This document shows positions 1 through 8,678 of a DNA stretch of 64,000 nt, in pieces; position 1 is the stretch's first letter, and each line of letters begins with the position of its first letter. This stretch comes from Nitrospirota bacterium (GTDB taxonomy: Bacteria > Nitrospirota > Nitrospiria > Nitrospirales > Nitrospiraceae). The notes below the pieces were generated by a model. That model was given only the letters and a program-made list of their open reading frames with translations. It was not told where the DNA came from and made no database searches. Location of the stretch: the NCBI GenBank assembly GCA_963701855.1, contig CAVPBK010000006.1:192001-256000 (forward strand). Reading direction: 5' to 3'. The position numbers and the translations under genes are program-made.

Positions 1-778
1 TGCGCGGATCGAGAATGTGATGATATCGAACCCCTTCCCGTTCGAAGAAGCGTTCATAATCCCCGGCGGTAGAAATGGCTTCGTCCTGCAAATCAATCCA
101 GGCCAGCACCAATCCATCTTTTCGTGGGTGTTGAATGCCGACGGGAAACATCTTCCCTCCCGGCAACCGTCCGAATGTTTTGATATCCCCTGATACCGCT
201 ACGACTCCGGCAACAGCGCCGGCTCTCCGTAACGCCTCAACGGCTTGATCTGCTGCGTATCCCTTACCGATTCCACCCACGTCGATCCGCATCCCTGCTT
301 TCCTAAGATAGATTGTCTGGTTTCGCACATCGACATGAACCGCCTGCAGATTCACTAAGGGCCGGAGAGTCTCCAGTTCAGATTCTGTCGGTACTCGTTG
401 GCTTTCCATCACATTCCATGCGTCCACCGCAGGACCAATGGCGATATTGAATCCACCATCGGTCATCTCCGCAACTTGAATCGCACGTTGTACGACCGTC
501 AGCGTCTCTGGGCTTACATGGACCGGCATGATTCCCGCCGAAGCGTTCACACGAGAAAGTTCGCTCGTCGGAATCCAAGTGCTCAGGAGTTCTTCCAATC
601 GTCGGATTTCAGCAAACCCGGCGGTCGCCGAAGCGTGCGCGACCGCCTCGTTCCGAGCGACCGCGGTGATCGTGACCAGCGTGCCCATTTGCATCTGAAC
701 CCGTTTCACCACGACAGGCTCGGACTGCATGGGAAAGCCCGCGCACCCAACGGACAACGCCCCTAGCATAAACAACAT
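1..778 (-). CDS. apbE: FAD:protein FMN transferase ApbE (lipoprotein; 3' end runs off the window)
   Basis: Not in the ORF track (no stop in window). Manual translation: MLFMLGALSVGC..., MGTLVTIT, DVGGIGKGYAAD, AISTAGDYERFFEREGVRYHHILDPR, all ApbE motifs. Start approximate. Confidence 0.93.
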   Translation of the reverse strand, partial: MLFMLGALSVGCAGFPMQSEPVVVKRVQMQMGTLVTITAVARNEAVAHASATAGFAEIRRLEELLSTWIPTSELSRVNASAGIMPVHVSPETLTVVQRAIQVAEMTDGGFNIAIGPAVDAWNVMESQRVPTESELETLRPLVNLQAVHVDVRNQTIYLRKAGMRIDVGGIGKGYAADQAVEALRRAGAVAGVVAVSGDIKTFGRLPGGKMFPVGIQHPRKDGLVLAWIDLQDEAISTAGDYERFFEREGVRYHHILDPR

Positions 779-820
779 ACCACCTGATATGTGAGGGAGT
801 GTCCGCCACACGGTCAGCGT

Positions 821-1444
821 CTACCACCAATGACGACGGAAATATCCTAAAATGCGGGGATAAGGCATGACTTCATACAGGCGGGCCGCTTCATGTGACG
901 GTTCCGGAATCAGCATCACCGGAACCCTCGCATTATAAGTGGGATATGTGTCCTTGACGAACTGTCGGGCTCGCTCCTGGTCTTGCTCATCAAGAGTCAT
1001 GGATACAACGACTTGGCGTCCATATTTCGGAGAATCCACTCCGAAATGCCAGGTGCCGAGAAAAGTCATTACGTTCGGCTTGAGCACAAAGTTCGCTGAG
1101 AGCTCCGCCATGGACAAGAATGGACCTTCGCTGATCTGCACGCGACTCAGTTCATAGGTCCCAGGAGGAAGGGCAAGCGAAAAGTACTCGTCCGCGGACT
1201 GCACATCGACCTTAAATCGCTCCTGGTTCGCCATATTTATCACCTCGAAAGAACGGAGTTCCGGAGCATAGATTCGTTGCATTTCACCGGTAATGTTCGT
1301 GACAACCCGTCCCACCACCAAGGTCCCCGAAATGTCAGCCGCCGCCACCATCACGGGAAGTTCTGTGGCACAGCCTGAGAGAGTCAGGCAGAGGGCACCG
1401 ATAGACAACCACCACCGATATTGTCTCAATAATCTGTACCGCAT
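821..1444 (-). CDS. Hypothetical lipoprotein, upstream of apbE
   Basis: 207-aa ORF with lipobox LSGC after a hydrophobic signal. Confidence 0.75.
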   Translation of the reverse strand: MRYRLLRQYRWWLSIGALCLTLSGCATELPVMVAAADISGTLVVGRVVTNITGEMQRIYAPELRSFEVINMANQERFKVDVQSADEYFSLALPPGTYELSRVQISEGPFLSMAELSANFVLKPNVMTFLGTWHFGVDSPKYGRQVVVSMTLDEQDQERARQFVKDTYPTYNARVPVMLIPEPSHEAARLYEVMPYPRILGYFRRHWW

Positions 1445-1534
1445 ATGTCGATATTATAACCCAACTACGAGACCAATACCTGGCGTCCCGCTGATCAAGT
1501 CCCCCCTCTTGACTCCAATTGCGAAAATAGGATA

Positions 1535-1551
1535 TTAATAATCGTTCTCAA
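1535..1551. promoter_or_regulatory. Putative Fur box in the divergent promoter region
   Basis: TTAATAATCGTTCTCAA resembles the Fur 7-1-7 consensus TGATAATnATTATCA; a TTGACT -35-like hexamer lies at 1509-1514. Confidence 0.65.
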
Positions 1552-1579
1552 TTTCATTTGAGCAGAGGAGTATCTCGCA

Positions 1580-1759
1580 ATGACGAGCACGACGTCTCCT
1601 ATGAACCACTTCGCCGACTGCGGCGAGACCCGCTGCGAGTGCGGTCAATTGATCGCCAAGGTGCGCGATCAAGGGTTGGAGCTCAAATGCAAGCGCTGTA
1701 AACGTATCGTTGTCATCCCATTCTCTTCAATCGAAGGATGGGGCACTGTTGATTCATGA
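1580..1759 (+). CDS. Small zinc-ribbon protein resembling phage Mu Com (59 aa)
   Basis: Below the ORF-track cut-off. GAGGAG SD at 1565-1570. Translation MTSTTSPMNHFADCGETRCECGQLIAKVRDQGLELKCKRCKRIVVIPFSSIEGWGTVDS has the RCxCG-L-AK...LELKCxRC pattern. Confidence 0.75.
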   Translation: MTSTTSPMNHFADCGETRCECGQLIAKVRDQGLELKCKRCKRIVVIPFSSIEGWGTVDS

Positions 1760-1896
1760 TTCGTCTCACGAAAGGAGGCATTGGAAGTGTTGTCGCACTA
1801 TCCCATTTGCACAGACTAGTCATTTCTTCAAGAAGGCCAGAGACCATCGAGTCCCGAGTCAGACCTCAACCATCTCACTCACCACGGAGGATACCG

Positions 1897-3402
1897 ATGA
1901 AGATCCGGTCAATCCTCGGGGCTCTCGTGATTGCAGCTTTGCCGTTTACTTCGGTTTGGGCTGAGAACATGACCCCAGAGGACATTAAAAAGTTAGTGGA
2001 TGAAGCCGTGACGAAGCGGCTGCAAGAACAGGAACGCCGCGATGGCGCTCCTGAGCAGAAAGAGGGTACGGCAATACCCAAGGCCGAACCGGGAATTGGA
2101 CCGCTGCCGGAAGTCAGTAAAGACCTTCGTACGGAGACACAGCCTGCGTTGTCCTTTAGTTCAACCGGCTCAGGTCGTTTGGTCTATGCCAAGCCGTTCG
2201 TCTCCGCACCGAAGGCTATTGTCGGAGGATACATGGATATGCAGTTTCGGTCCCAACGGCAAGCCAGCATCGAAGCCGGTGATGGCCGACCCGGTGTGAC
2301 CAACAACTTCGATCAGCAACGGTTTATCCCGTTTATTTATGCCGACGTCACCGAACACGTCAAGATCGCGACCGAACTTGAAATTGAGCACGGCGTCAGA
2401 GAAAGCTCTGAGAATGAGATCGAAGTCTCACTTGAGTTTGGTTTTATCGACTACTTAATCCAAGAAAAGGTCAACCTACGTGCCGGAATCTTGCTTATGC
2501 CCCTTGGGAAGTTCAATTTGCTACACGACTCCCCACTAAACGATCTCAGTGATCGGCCGCTGGTCAGCCAATTGGTCATCCCTTCTACCATGTCGGAAAC
2601 TGGAGCGGGAATCTACGGAACGTTTTATCCCGGCCGGACCAGTAAGATGGACTACGAGTTGTACGTCACAACCGGTCCCTGCGGCTACGGGGCCAACGGC
2701 AGTCCTCTCGTCAATGAAGCGGATGGCACAAGTCAAGGGCGTCAGAGGACCTGTGCAGGGCACGATGGCGCCGATGTCAACAGTGGCAAAGCGGTCGTCG
2801 GACGCATGGCCTACAGCCCAATGCTTGGGGTGGAAGTCGCCGGATCAAGCTACTTTGGAAATGCGAACAATAATGGGAGCAATTACGCCCCTCTCAACAT
2901 CACAGCGATCGACTGGACGCTCCAGCGAGGCCCCTTTGAACTCATCGGCGAAGCTGCCTGGGCTTATGCGAGAGGAAATTCTCGAGCCGTTCAAGGAAAT
3001 ACGATTGGATTTTCTCCGGGTTCCCTGCTTATTGGTTCCCCCGACATCAGCGGCAACAGCGGTGCAGGCATCCCGCCGCAGCGCATGATGGGCTACTATA
3101 TCCAAGGCAACTATCATTTCATGCCCCAGTTCTTGACCAATTTCTCCCCAAAACGCTTCGGTCCAGGTTCGACCATGACCGCCGTGATCCGGTACGACCG
3201 GGTCAACACCAACTTGGATGACTCCAATGGAACAGGCGGCTGGGGCAATCTGGAACAGGTTTCCTTTGGCCTGAATTATCGACCGATTGAAGATACGGCC
3301 ATTAAGCTCAGCTACCAATATCAACCGATGGCGTTTAACGCGGTTACATCACAGCGTATTCACGACAGTGCCGTGGTAATGTCGATAGCAACATATTTCT
3401 AG
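1897..3402 (+). CDS. Outer-membrane beta-barrel (porin-like) protein
   Basis: GGAGG SD at 1886-1890, signal peptide MKIRSILGALVIAALPFTSVWA, amphipathic beta strands, C-terminal Phe (IATYF). The ORF-track start at 1756 is probably too long. Confidence 0.8.
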   Translation: MKIRSILGALVIAALPFTSVWAENMTPEDIKKLVDEAVTKRLQEQERRDGAPEQKEGTAIPKAEPGIGPLPEVSKDLRTETQPALSFSSTGSGRLVYAKPFVSAPKAIVGGYMDMQFRSQRQASIEAGDGRPGVTNNFDQQRFIPFIYADVTEHVKIATELEIEHGVRESSENEIEVSLEFGFIDYLIQEKVNLRAGILLMPLGKFNLLHDSPLNDLSDRPLVSQLVIPSTMSETGAGIYGTFYPGRTSKMDYELYVTTGPCGYGANGSPLVNEADGTSQGRQRTCAGHDGADVNSGKAVVGRMAYSPMLGVEVAGSSYFGNANNNGSNYAPLNITAIDWTLQRGPFELIGEAAWAYARGNSRAVQGNTIGFSPGSLLIGSPDISGNSGAGIPPQRMMGYYIQGNYHFMPQFLTNFSPKRFGPGSTMTAVIRYDRVNTNLDDSNGTGGWGNLEQVSFGLNYRPIEDTAIKLSYQYQPMAFNAVTSQRIHDSAVVMSIATYF

Positions 3403-3412
3403 GCGGAGTATG

Positions 3413-3444
3413 GGCGATCCCTCTCTCAACAGAGAGGGATCGCC
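3413..3444 (+). other. Perfect 14-bp intercistronic hairpin without a U-tail (possible mRNA stabiliser)
   Basis: GGCGATCCCTCTCT-CAAC-AGAGAGGGATCGCC. Confidence 0.6.
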
Positions 3445-3470
3445 ATGACCAAGAAAGAGCAGTGTGCAGC

Positions 3471-3935
3471 ATGACAACACTCCGAATAGCTATGGTGGTC
3501 CTCGCGCTCTACTCTGTTGGATGCGCTACTCTGAGTGGAAGTCACGATCAATATTTCGTATGCTCCTATGACACTGTCTGGGATGCCGCGCTCGACACCA
3601 TGAAGGGACAATCCATCGCAACCTACGACAAAGATAAGGGAGTGATCGAGACAAACTGGCTGGACGTCCCTCCAATCTCGGAACGGTCCTACGGGATATT
3701 TGAGCGTGATAGCTTTGGGAACCAAGAACGGGCACGCTATACTGTCTCCGTCAAGCGAATGAACGACGTGTCCTCTGCAAGCATCTTAGAAACCAGGCAG
3801 CGATGGCATGCACGCGGTGGCGTCACCCAGCAAGCCTTGAGGTGGTGGCCCATCGAACCATCGGATGATGCGACGGATGTAGTCGTCAGTCGGCTCAATG
3901 CCAAGTTGAAAACCAAGGGGTGTATTCCCGCATGA
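3471..3935 (+). CDS. Hypothetical lipoprotein
   Basis: Lipobox SVGC after a hydrophobic stretch; stop overlaps the next start (ATGA). Confidence 0.75.
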   Translation: MTTLRIAMVVLALYSVGCATLSGSHDQYFVCSYDTVWDAALDTMKGQSIATYDKDKGVIETNWLDVPPISERSYGIFERDSFGNQERARYTVSVKRMNDVSSASILETRQRWHARGGVTQQALRWWPIEPSDDATDVVVSRLNAKLKTKGCIPA

Positions 3936-4609
3936 GGCTTCGATTACTTGCGCCCGCACTGGCACTTTCCTGTATCATGTCTCCGGCCATGGTCCTGGCT
4001 GAACGTGTATGGGACAAAGATCTCAAACGCTACCTCACGGACCAAGAGCTGATGCGGGCCGACGTCTTTCTGACAGAAGAAGACGCCCTCAAATTGATGT
4101 TCCCCCAATCAGAACGGATCCGGAAAGAAATTCTGAAGCTAAGCCAGGAAAAGAAACTGCAGGTTGAGGAACGCATTGGCTGGAAATTCCCGGAAGATTC
4201 ATTTGAGATCTACATTGGAGAAACGGGCACCCAGATTGATGGGTATGCCCTGGTCCAGAACACAATCGGTAAACACAAACCCATGACGTACATGGTCGGA
4301 ATAGATAACACCGGGCATGTCTTGAACGTAGAATTGTTGGTGTTTCGGGAAGCTCGCGGCAGCGAGGTGCGGACCAAACGCTTCAACGTACAGTACGAGG
4401 GGAAAACGGTCCTCGATCCGGTCCGCCTCAACAAAGACATCATCAACATCAGCGGCGCCACCATGTCGGTCCGCTCAATGACCGCAGGAATTAAACGGGG
4501 GCTGGTGTTGGTCGATGAGTTTTATTTGAAACCGGCAGGGCTCGGTAGCGATACTGTGGATTCAAAGAAATCGGAGAAGGGCATCTTCGGCTCACTCTTC
4601 GGAAACTAA
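3932..4609 (+). CDS. Exported FMN-binding domain protein (predicted ApbE substrate)
   Basis: Signal peptide, RnfG-like core (YMVGIDNTGHVLNVELLVFRE) and flavinylation motif DIINISGATMS ([S/T]GAT). Confidence 0.85.
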   Translation: MRLRLLAPALALSCIMSPAMVLAERVWDKDLKRYLTDQELMRADVFLTEEDALKLMFPQSERIRKEILKLSQEKKLQVEERIGWKFPEDSFEIYIGETGTQIDGYALVQNTIGKHKPMTYMVGIDNTGHVLNVELLVFREARGSEVRTKRFNVQYEGKTVLDPVRLNKDIINISGATMSVRSMTAGIKRGLVLVDEFYLKPAGLGSDTVDSKKSEKGIFGSLFGN

Positions 4610-4633
4610 GAGGGGTAGACCACATTTTCAGCT

Positions 4634-5152
4634 ATGCGCAACTTCAACACTCGCTTCCGTCTCCGCGACTCAGATCGGCACATCCGGCTCGTTTATACCT
4701 TCTTTCTCTTCTTGATGCTGGCTGGCTTTACCTTTTCATTTTTCTGGGCGCACAGCATGACGAGCCTTTCGCCACAAGGAATCGCCGATCATTACCGGGG
4801 ATCGGATGTCACATTCGGCGAGCCGATGTCATTCAGAGAGCTGGCAGAGATCACCCACTTCCACCTCTTCACGATGCCAGTCGTGTTTATCATTCTCGTG
4901 CATGTGCTCTATCTCACCAGCGCCAGCAGTATGCTAAAAGTCCTCACGACCTGGATCTCATTTGGTGGGGTGACGTTGGACCTGGTATCTCCCTGGCTCA
5001 TTAGCTATGTCTCCCCCGTATTCGTGTTCACCATGCTGACAGGCGATACCTTGATGACGGTGGGTTTTCTCATCATGATGATCATCCCTCTCTACGAGAT
5101 GTGGATCTTGAACCAGCCGCTATTGGCAGGGAAACACGGGAAGGAAGAATGA
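4634..5152 (+). CDS. Inner-membrane protein (~4 TM) with several His, possibly cytochrome b-like
   Basis: Four hydrophobic segments; His in WAHS, DHYRG, EITHFHLF and LVHVL. Confidence 0.65.
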   Translation: MRNFNTRFRLRDSDRHIRLVYTFFLFLMLAGFTFSFFWAHSMTSLSPQGIADHYRGSDVTFGEPMSFRELAEITHFHLFTMPVVFIILVHVLYLTSASSMLKVLTTWISFGGVTLDLVSPWLISYVSPVFVFTMLTGDTLMTVGFLIMMIIPLYEMWILNQPLLAGKHGKEE

Positions 5153-5201
5153 CCTAACGCGCTCTGACTTCGACACAATTAACGGCCAGAGGTTTTTCAC
5201 C

Positions 5202-5246
5202 CAGAGCCCAAGATCACGCGATGTGGTCTTGGGTTCTGCTTTTTTT
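5202..5246 (+). terminator. Intrinsic terminator
   Basis: CAGAGCCCAAGATCAC-GCGAT-GTGGTCTTGGGTTCTG followed by a T-run. Confidence 0.8.
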
Positions 5247-5259
5247 CGGAGAAGCCACG

Positions 5260-5970
5260 ATGTACCCATATATCTCTGAACAGATTCACCCTGGAATCAT
5301 CACGATTCAGGGCATGCTCAGGAAGATCGATTGCCTTCGACTCCCTCTCGCATCGCGCCGTGACGTCGAAAGCATCCTTGTGCGGCAAGTCAGCAAAGAA
5401 ATCGATCGCGCACTCCCCTGGCAAGCTGGTCATGGCCGCCGCACTGCTGCGATTTCGTTGTTGATCGGACGAGCGGTCGGCACGACGACAGGCGAGTTGC
5501 ACGATCTGAAACTCGCCGCCTTCCTCCACGATATCGGGCTCTTGAGGCTCCCAGCCCGCCTCATCCCGGCCAAGGAACCGCTTGAATCTGAAGACTACGT
5601 CGCCATTCAGAATCATCCCCGGCTTGGTGCGACACTGCTTGAGCCATTCTCCTTCTTAAAAGAGGCTTCGATCCAAATCGCGCACCACCACGAACGGTGG
5701 GATGGATCAGGCTATCCGTATGGTATCAGAGGACAATTCATCCCTCTCGGAGCCAGAATCCTCTCGATCGCCGACGCCTTCGATGCCATCCGTATCCCTG
5801 AAGTCTCAAACCGAGCCGTGCGAAACAGGATCGCACTCAGAATTCTCCGAGTCGCAGCCGGCACCCAGTTTGACCCGGAGTTAGTCGAGGCATTGTGGCT
5901 GTTCCAAGAATCTATTCCGGGCTCAAATCTTATCGAACCAACGACGAGAAACTGTTTTGATTCACATTAG
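5260..5970 (+). CDS. Stand-alone HD-GYP domain protein (putative c-di-GMP phosphodiesterase)
   Basis: LHDIG, HHHERWDGSGYP, ADAFDA and GTQFDP motifs; GGAG before ATG 5260. Confidence 0.85.
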   Translation: MYPYISEQIHPGIITIQGMLRKIDCLRLPLASRRDVESILVRQVSKEIDRALPWQAGHGRRTAAISLLIGRAVGTTTGELHDLKLAAFLHDIGLLRLPARLIPAKEPLESEDYVAIQNHPRLGATLLEPFSFLKEASIQIAHHHERWDGSGYPYGIRGQFIPLGARILSIADAFDAIRIPEVSNRAVRNRIALRILRVAAGTQFDPELVEALWLFQESIPGSNLIEPTTRNCFDSH

Positions 5971-5989
5971 AAGTATGGGAGGTTTCACC

Positions 5990-7747
5990 ATGTTTCCCTC
6001 TTATCGCCGCCACAGGGTCTTCGCGCATGTCGTCGGAATATCATCTTGGATCTTCATCTCGCTTCTCCTGGTCGGATGCGGAGGGGGCAGCGGCAGTTCC
6101 GCACCACCTTCAGTCGCGGCTACAGGAACACCTGGAGCCCAAGCCGACGTCGGCGAACGGCTGTTCGTCGAAACCCGCTTTGCCCAATTCTTTAAGGCAA
6201 ATCTTCTTCCAGGGGGAAATGTAAATGATCCACTGCCAGCCGGCGACCCGGTCGTAGCCAAGGTGTTACTCCCCGGCAGTACTCCACCCGGTGTCGCTAG
6301 TCCATTTGCTGGAATGTCCATGAATTGTCGATCCTGTCACTTCGTTGACGAATTTGTGGGAGTTCCTGGTGGAGGTATGCGCACCTATGCCGACTTCGCC
6401 ACCCGCAGTCCAATTCCATCTCGCCCGGATGGAAAACTCACGGCGCCGCGCAACTCTCCTCCGCTGGTGAACTCCTCACTCGATAGACCAGGAGGAACGT
6501 TATTTCACTTTGATGGAGAGTTTTCGACGCTGGAGGATCTCATCGTCGGAACCTTCACCGGTCGGAATTTCGGCTGGTTGCCGGGGCAAAAGGCGGAAGC
6601 CATCAGCCACATTGCACGAGTCATGCGCGAGGATGATGGCACGGGAGCTATCGCTCAGCAATTCGATGGACTTTCCTATAGCGCCCTGTTCACCGGAGCC
6701 AACCCAAACATTCCGGATGAACTTCGTCTGCCCACGGAATTTCGTGTGAACATCCAATCAGCCAGTGACCAGGAAATCTTCGACGCGGTCGTGAAAGTGG
6801 TCGCGGCCTACGTCAACGGCTTGCGCTTCTCACAAACCGACGACGCCGGCAATCTCATCCGTTCGCCCTTCGACGTGTTTTTGAGTCGCAACGGTCTCCC
6901 GCAAAAGCCGAACAGTGGCGAAACTCCCCTCGATTATAGCCGCCGCCTCCTGACGCTCGTGAACGGATTGGCTAGTCCTCAGTTCGTGACTGCTAACCCC
7001 AATAACCCCAGCCTGCTTGGAAAGTTCCAGTTCCACGGCACCCAGCCCTTTGCATTCGGGGCTCAGGAATTAGCAGGCCTTAAGATATTTCTTACAGAAC
7101 CGGCTACTCCGCCAACCGCTTCACCAGCAGAAGAACTCGCCGGCAAGGTCGGCAACTGCCTGGCCTGCCATGCCGCACCAAATTTCACGGACTTCAAGCT
7201 GCACAATACAGGGATTGCACAAAATGAATACGACGGCATCCATGGCAATGGGTCTTTCATGGGCCTCACGATTCCAACTCTCGCTACGAGAACCAGCAAT
7301 GATCTGCCTGCTACGGAAGACCACCCCACTGCAACGGGATTTTTCCGTTCGATCCCTGTCCTAGCCGATCCTGCCCTGACCGATTTGGGAATCTGGAACA
7401 TCTTCCTGAATCCAGACATGCCGAACCCACAAGCAAAGATCCGAGCCATTCTGTGTGACGAGCACCTTCCCGCCGCTTGTCCTGCCGACAGTGTTCTACT
7501 GGATGAAGCCATTGCGAGATTCAAAACACCTGGTCTTCACGATTTGGGGCATTCAGCTCCCTATATGCACAATGGCCAGTTCGTCGCATTGGACAATGCC
7601 GTCGGTTTCTATCTCGGCTCATCAAGCGCGGCAAGGGCAGGAACGCTTCGTAACGGCGCCAACACGTTGCGAGGAATTGCCTTGATTTCGGCAGACATCG
7701 CGCCACTTGTGGCGTTCCTTAAGTCGCTGAACGAGGACTACCAATAG
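5990..7747 (+). CDS. Di-haem cytochrome c peroxidase/MauG-superfamily lipoprotein
   Basis: Lipobox LVGC, CRSCH and CLACH haem motifs, RNSPPL, FKTPGL..L..SAPYMHNG; GGAGG SD before ATG 5990. Confidence 0.85.
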   Translation: MFPSYRRHRVFAHVVGISSWIFISLLLVGCGGGSGSSAPPSVAATGTPGAQADVGERLFVETRFAQFFKANLLPGGNVNDPLPAGDPVVAKVLLPGSTPPGVASPFAGMSMNCRSCHFVDEFVGVPGGGMRTYADFATRSPIPSRPDGKLTAPRNSPPLVNSSLDRPGGTLFHFDGEFSTLEDLIVGTFTGRNFGWLPGQKAEAISHIARVMREDDGTGAIAQQFDGLSYSALFTGANPNIPDELRLPTEFRVNIQSASDQEIFDAVVKVVAAYVNGLRFSQTDDAGNLIRSPFDVFLSRNGLPQKPNSGETPLDYSRRLLTLVNGLASPQFVTANPNNPSLLGKFQFHGTQPFAFGAQELAGLKIFLTEPATPPTASPAEELAGKVGNCLACHAAPNFTDFKLHNTGIAQNEYDGIHGNGSFMGLTIPTLATRTSNDLPATEDHPTATGFFRSIPVLADPALTDLGIWNIFLNPDMPNPQAKIRAILCDEHLPAACPADSVLLDEAIARFKTPGLHDLGHSAPYMHNGQFVALDNAVGFYLGSSSAARAGTLRNGANTLRGIALISADIAPLVAFLKSLNEDYQ

Positions 7748-7927
7748 AGAAATTCAACAACAGCAGAAGCACTCAGCCGGTGCCCGATATACCTGCAGCG
7801 GAGAGAGAGGGGTGGTGCCCTCCCACTCCGCGGGCAAGGGGCTCCTCTTCCCTCTGAAGCCTTCCCGCCTTACTTTCCGAAGATACAACGCGGACTGGAC
7901 GAACATGGAATATACAGTGGAGATGCC

Positions 7928-8404
7928 TTAGGACTCCTTTTTGATCTGTTCAGCCAGGTAGTTCTCAAGCCCCACCTGTTTAATCGTTTCCATCTGCGTT
8001 TCGATCCAATCGATATGTTGATCCACGTCTTTGGCCATATCTTCAAGCATGTGCCGCGTGGTGAAGTCGGTCACCTTCGTACAATGCACCACACCATCGT
8101 TTAACAGACTGAGCATTTCTTGTTCCGCTTTTAGATCCAGTTTGAACTGCTCAGGAACAGTCTCCCCTACCTGCACAGTATTCATACGCTGCACGTTCGG
8201 CACACCATCCAGATAGAGAATGTGGCCAATGAGTTCATCGGCGTCTTTCATCTCGGCGATGCTCCGCTCTCGCACTTTATGATGGAGCCGTTCATAGCCC
8301 CAGTTCTCACACATCTTGGCATGAACAAAGTATTGATTGATGGCGGTGAGATCCGCAGTCAGGATCTTATTGAGGATGTTGACGACGCCTTCTTTCGCTT
8401 TCAT
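7928..8404 (-). CDS. bfr: Bacterioferritin
   Basis: 158 aa; AINQYFVHAKM, EMKDA, LEGVPN-like segment, GLENYL. Confidence 0.93.
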   Translation of the reverse strand: MKAKEGVVNILNKILTADLTAINQYFVHAKMCENWGYERLHHKVRERSIAEMKDADELIGHILYLDGVPNVQRMNTVQVGETVPEQFKLDLKAEQEMLSLLNDGVVHCTKVTDFTTRHMLEDMAKDVDQHIDWIETQMETIKQVGLENYLAEQIKKES

Positions 8405-8490
8405 GGCTTTCCCCTTTCTGAATTATGACAGGCCCTTAGAGCCGCTATGGGTGAAGAGACTTTCACCGCCAGATGGCTTCATCTCGATTC

Positions 8491-8577
8491 ATTATCAACA
8501 CGTCTGGGTGCTTCGTCAACTCGGTCATTCGAGTGTCCTTGAGTTTGATTTTCATCATTAGCGACACTGGTTCTCAA
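8491..8577 (-). promoter_or_regulatory. bfr sigma70 promoter with two upstream Fur-like boxes
   Basis: Minus strand TTGACG (8519-8514)-17 nt-GATAAT (8496-8491); Fur-like TTGAGTTTGATTTTCAT (8539-8555) and GCGACACTGGTTCTCAA (8561-8577). Confidence 0.6.
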
Positions 8578-8678
8578 TCTCGTGGCATCATCATGCGACG
8601 ACGGAGGTGCAAATGCCGTGTCCCATTTTCAGGATGGAGGGGAAGGCACGATAGAATGGAGGATGGGTCAGGTCGGAC

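Noticed and set aside
1580..1759. Prophage implied by the Com-like gene
   Set aside because: No mom, methylase, tail, capsid or integrase genes are nearby.
1756..1896. 47-aa N-terminal extension of the porin
   Set aside because: The SD and signal peptide both point to ATG 1897.
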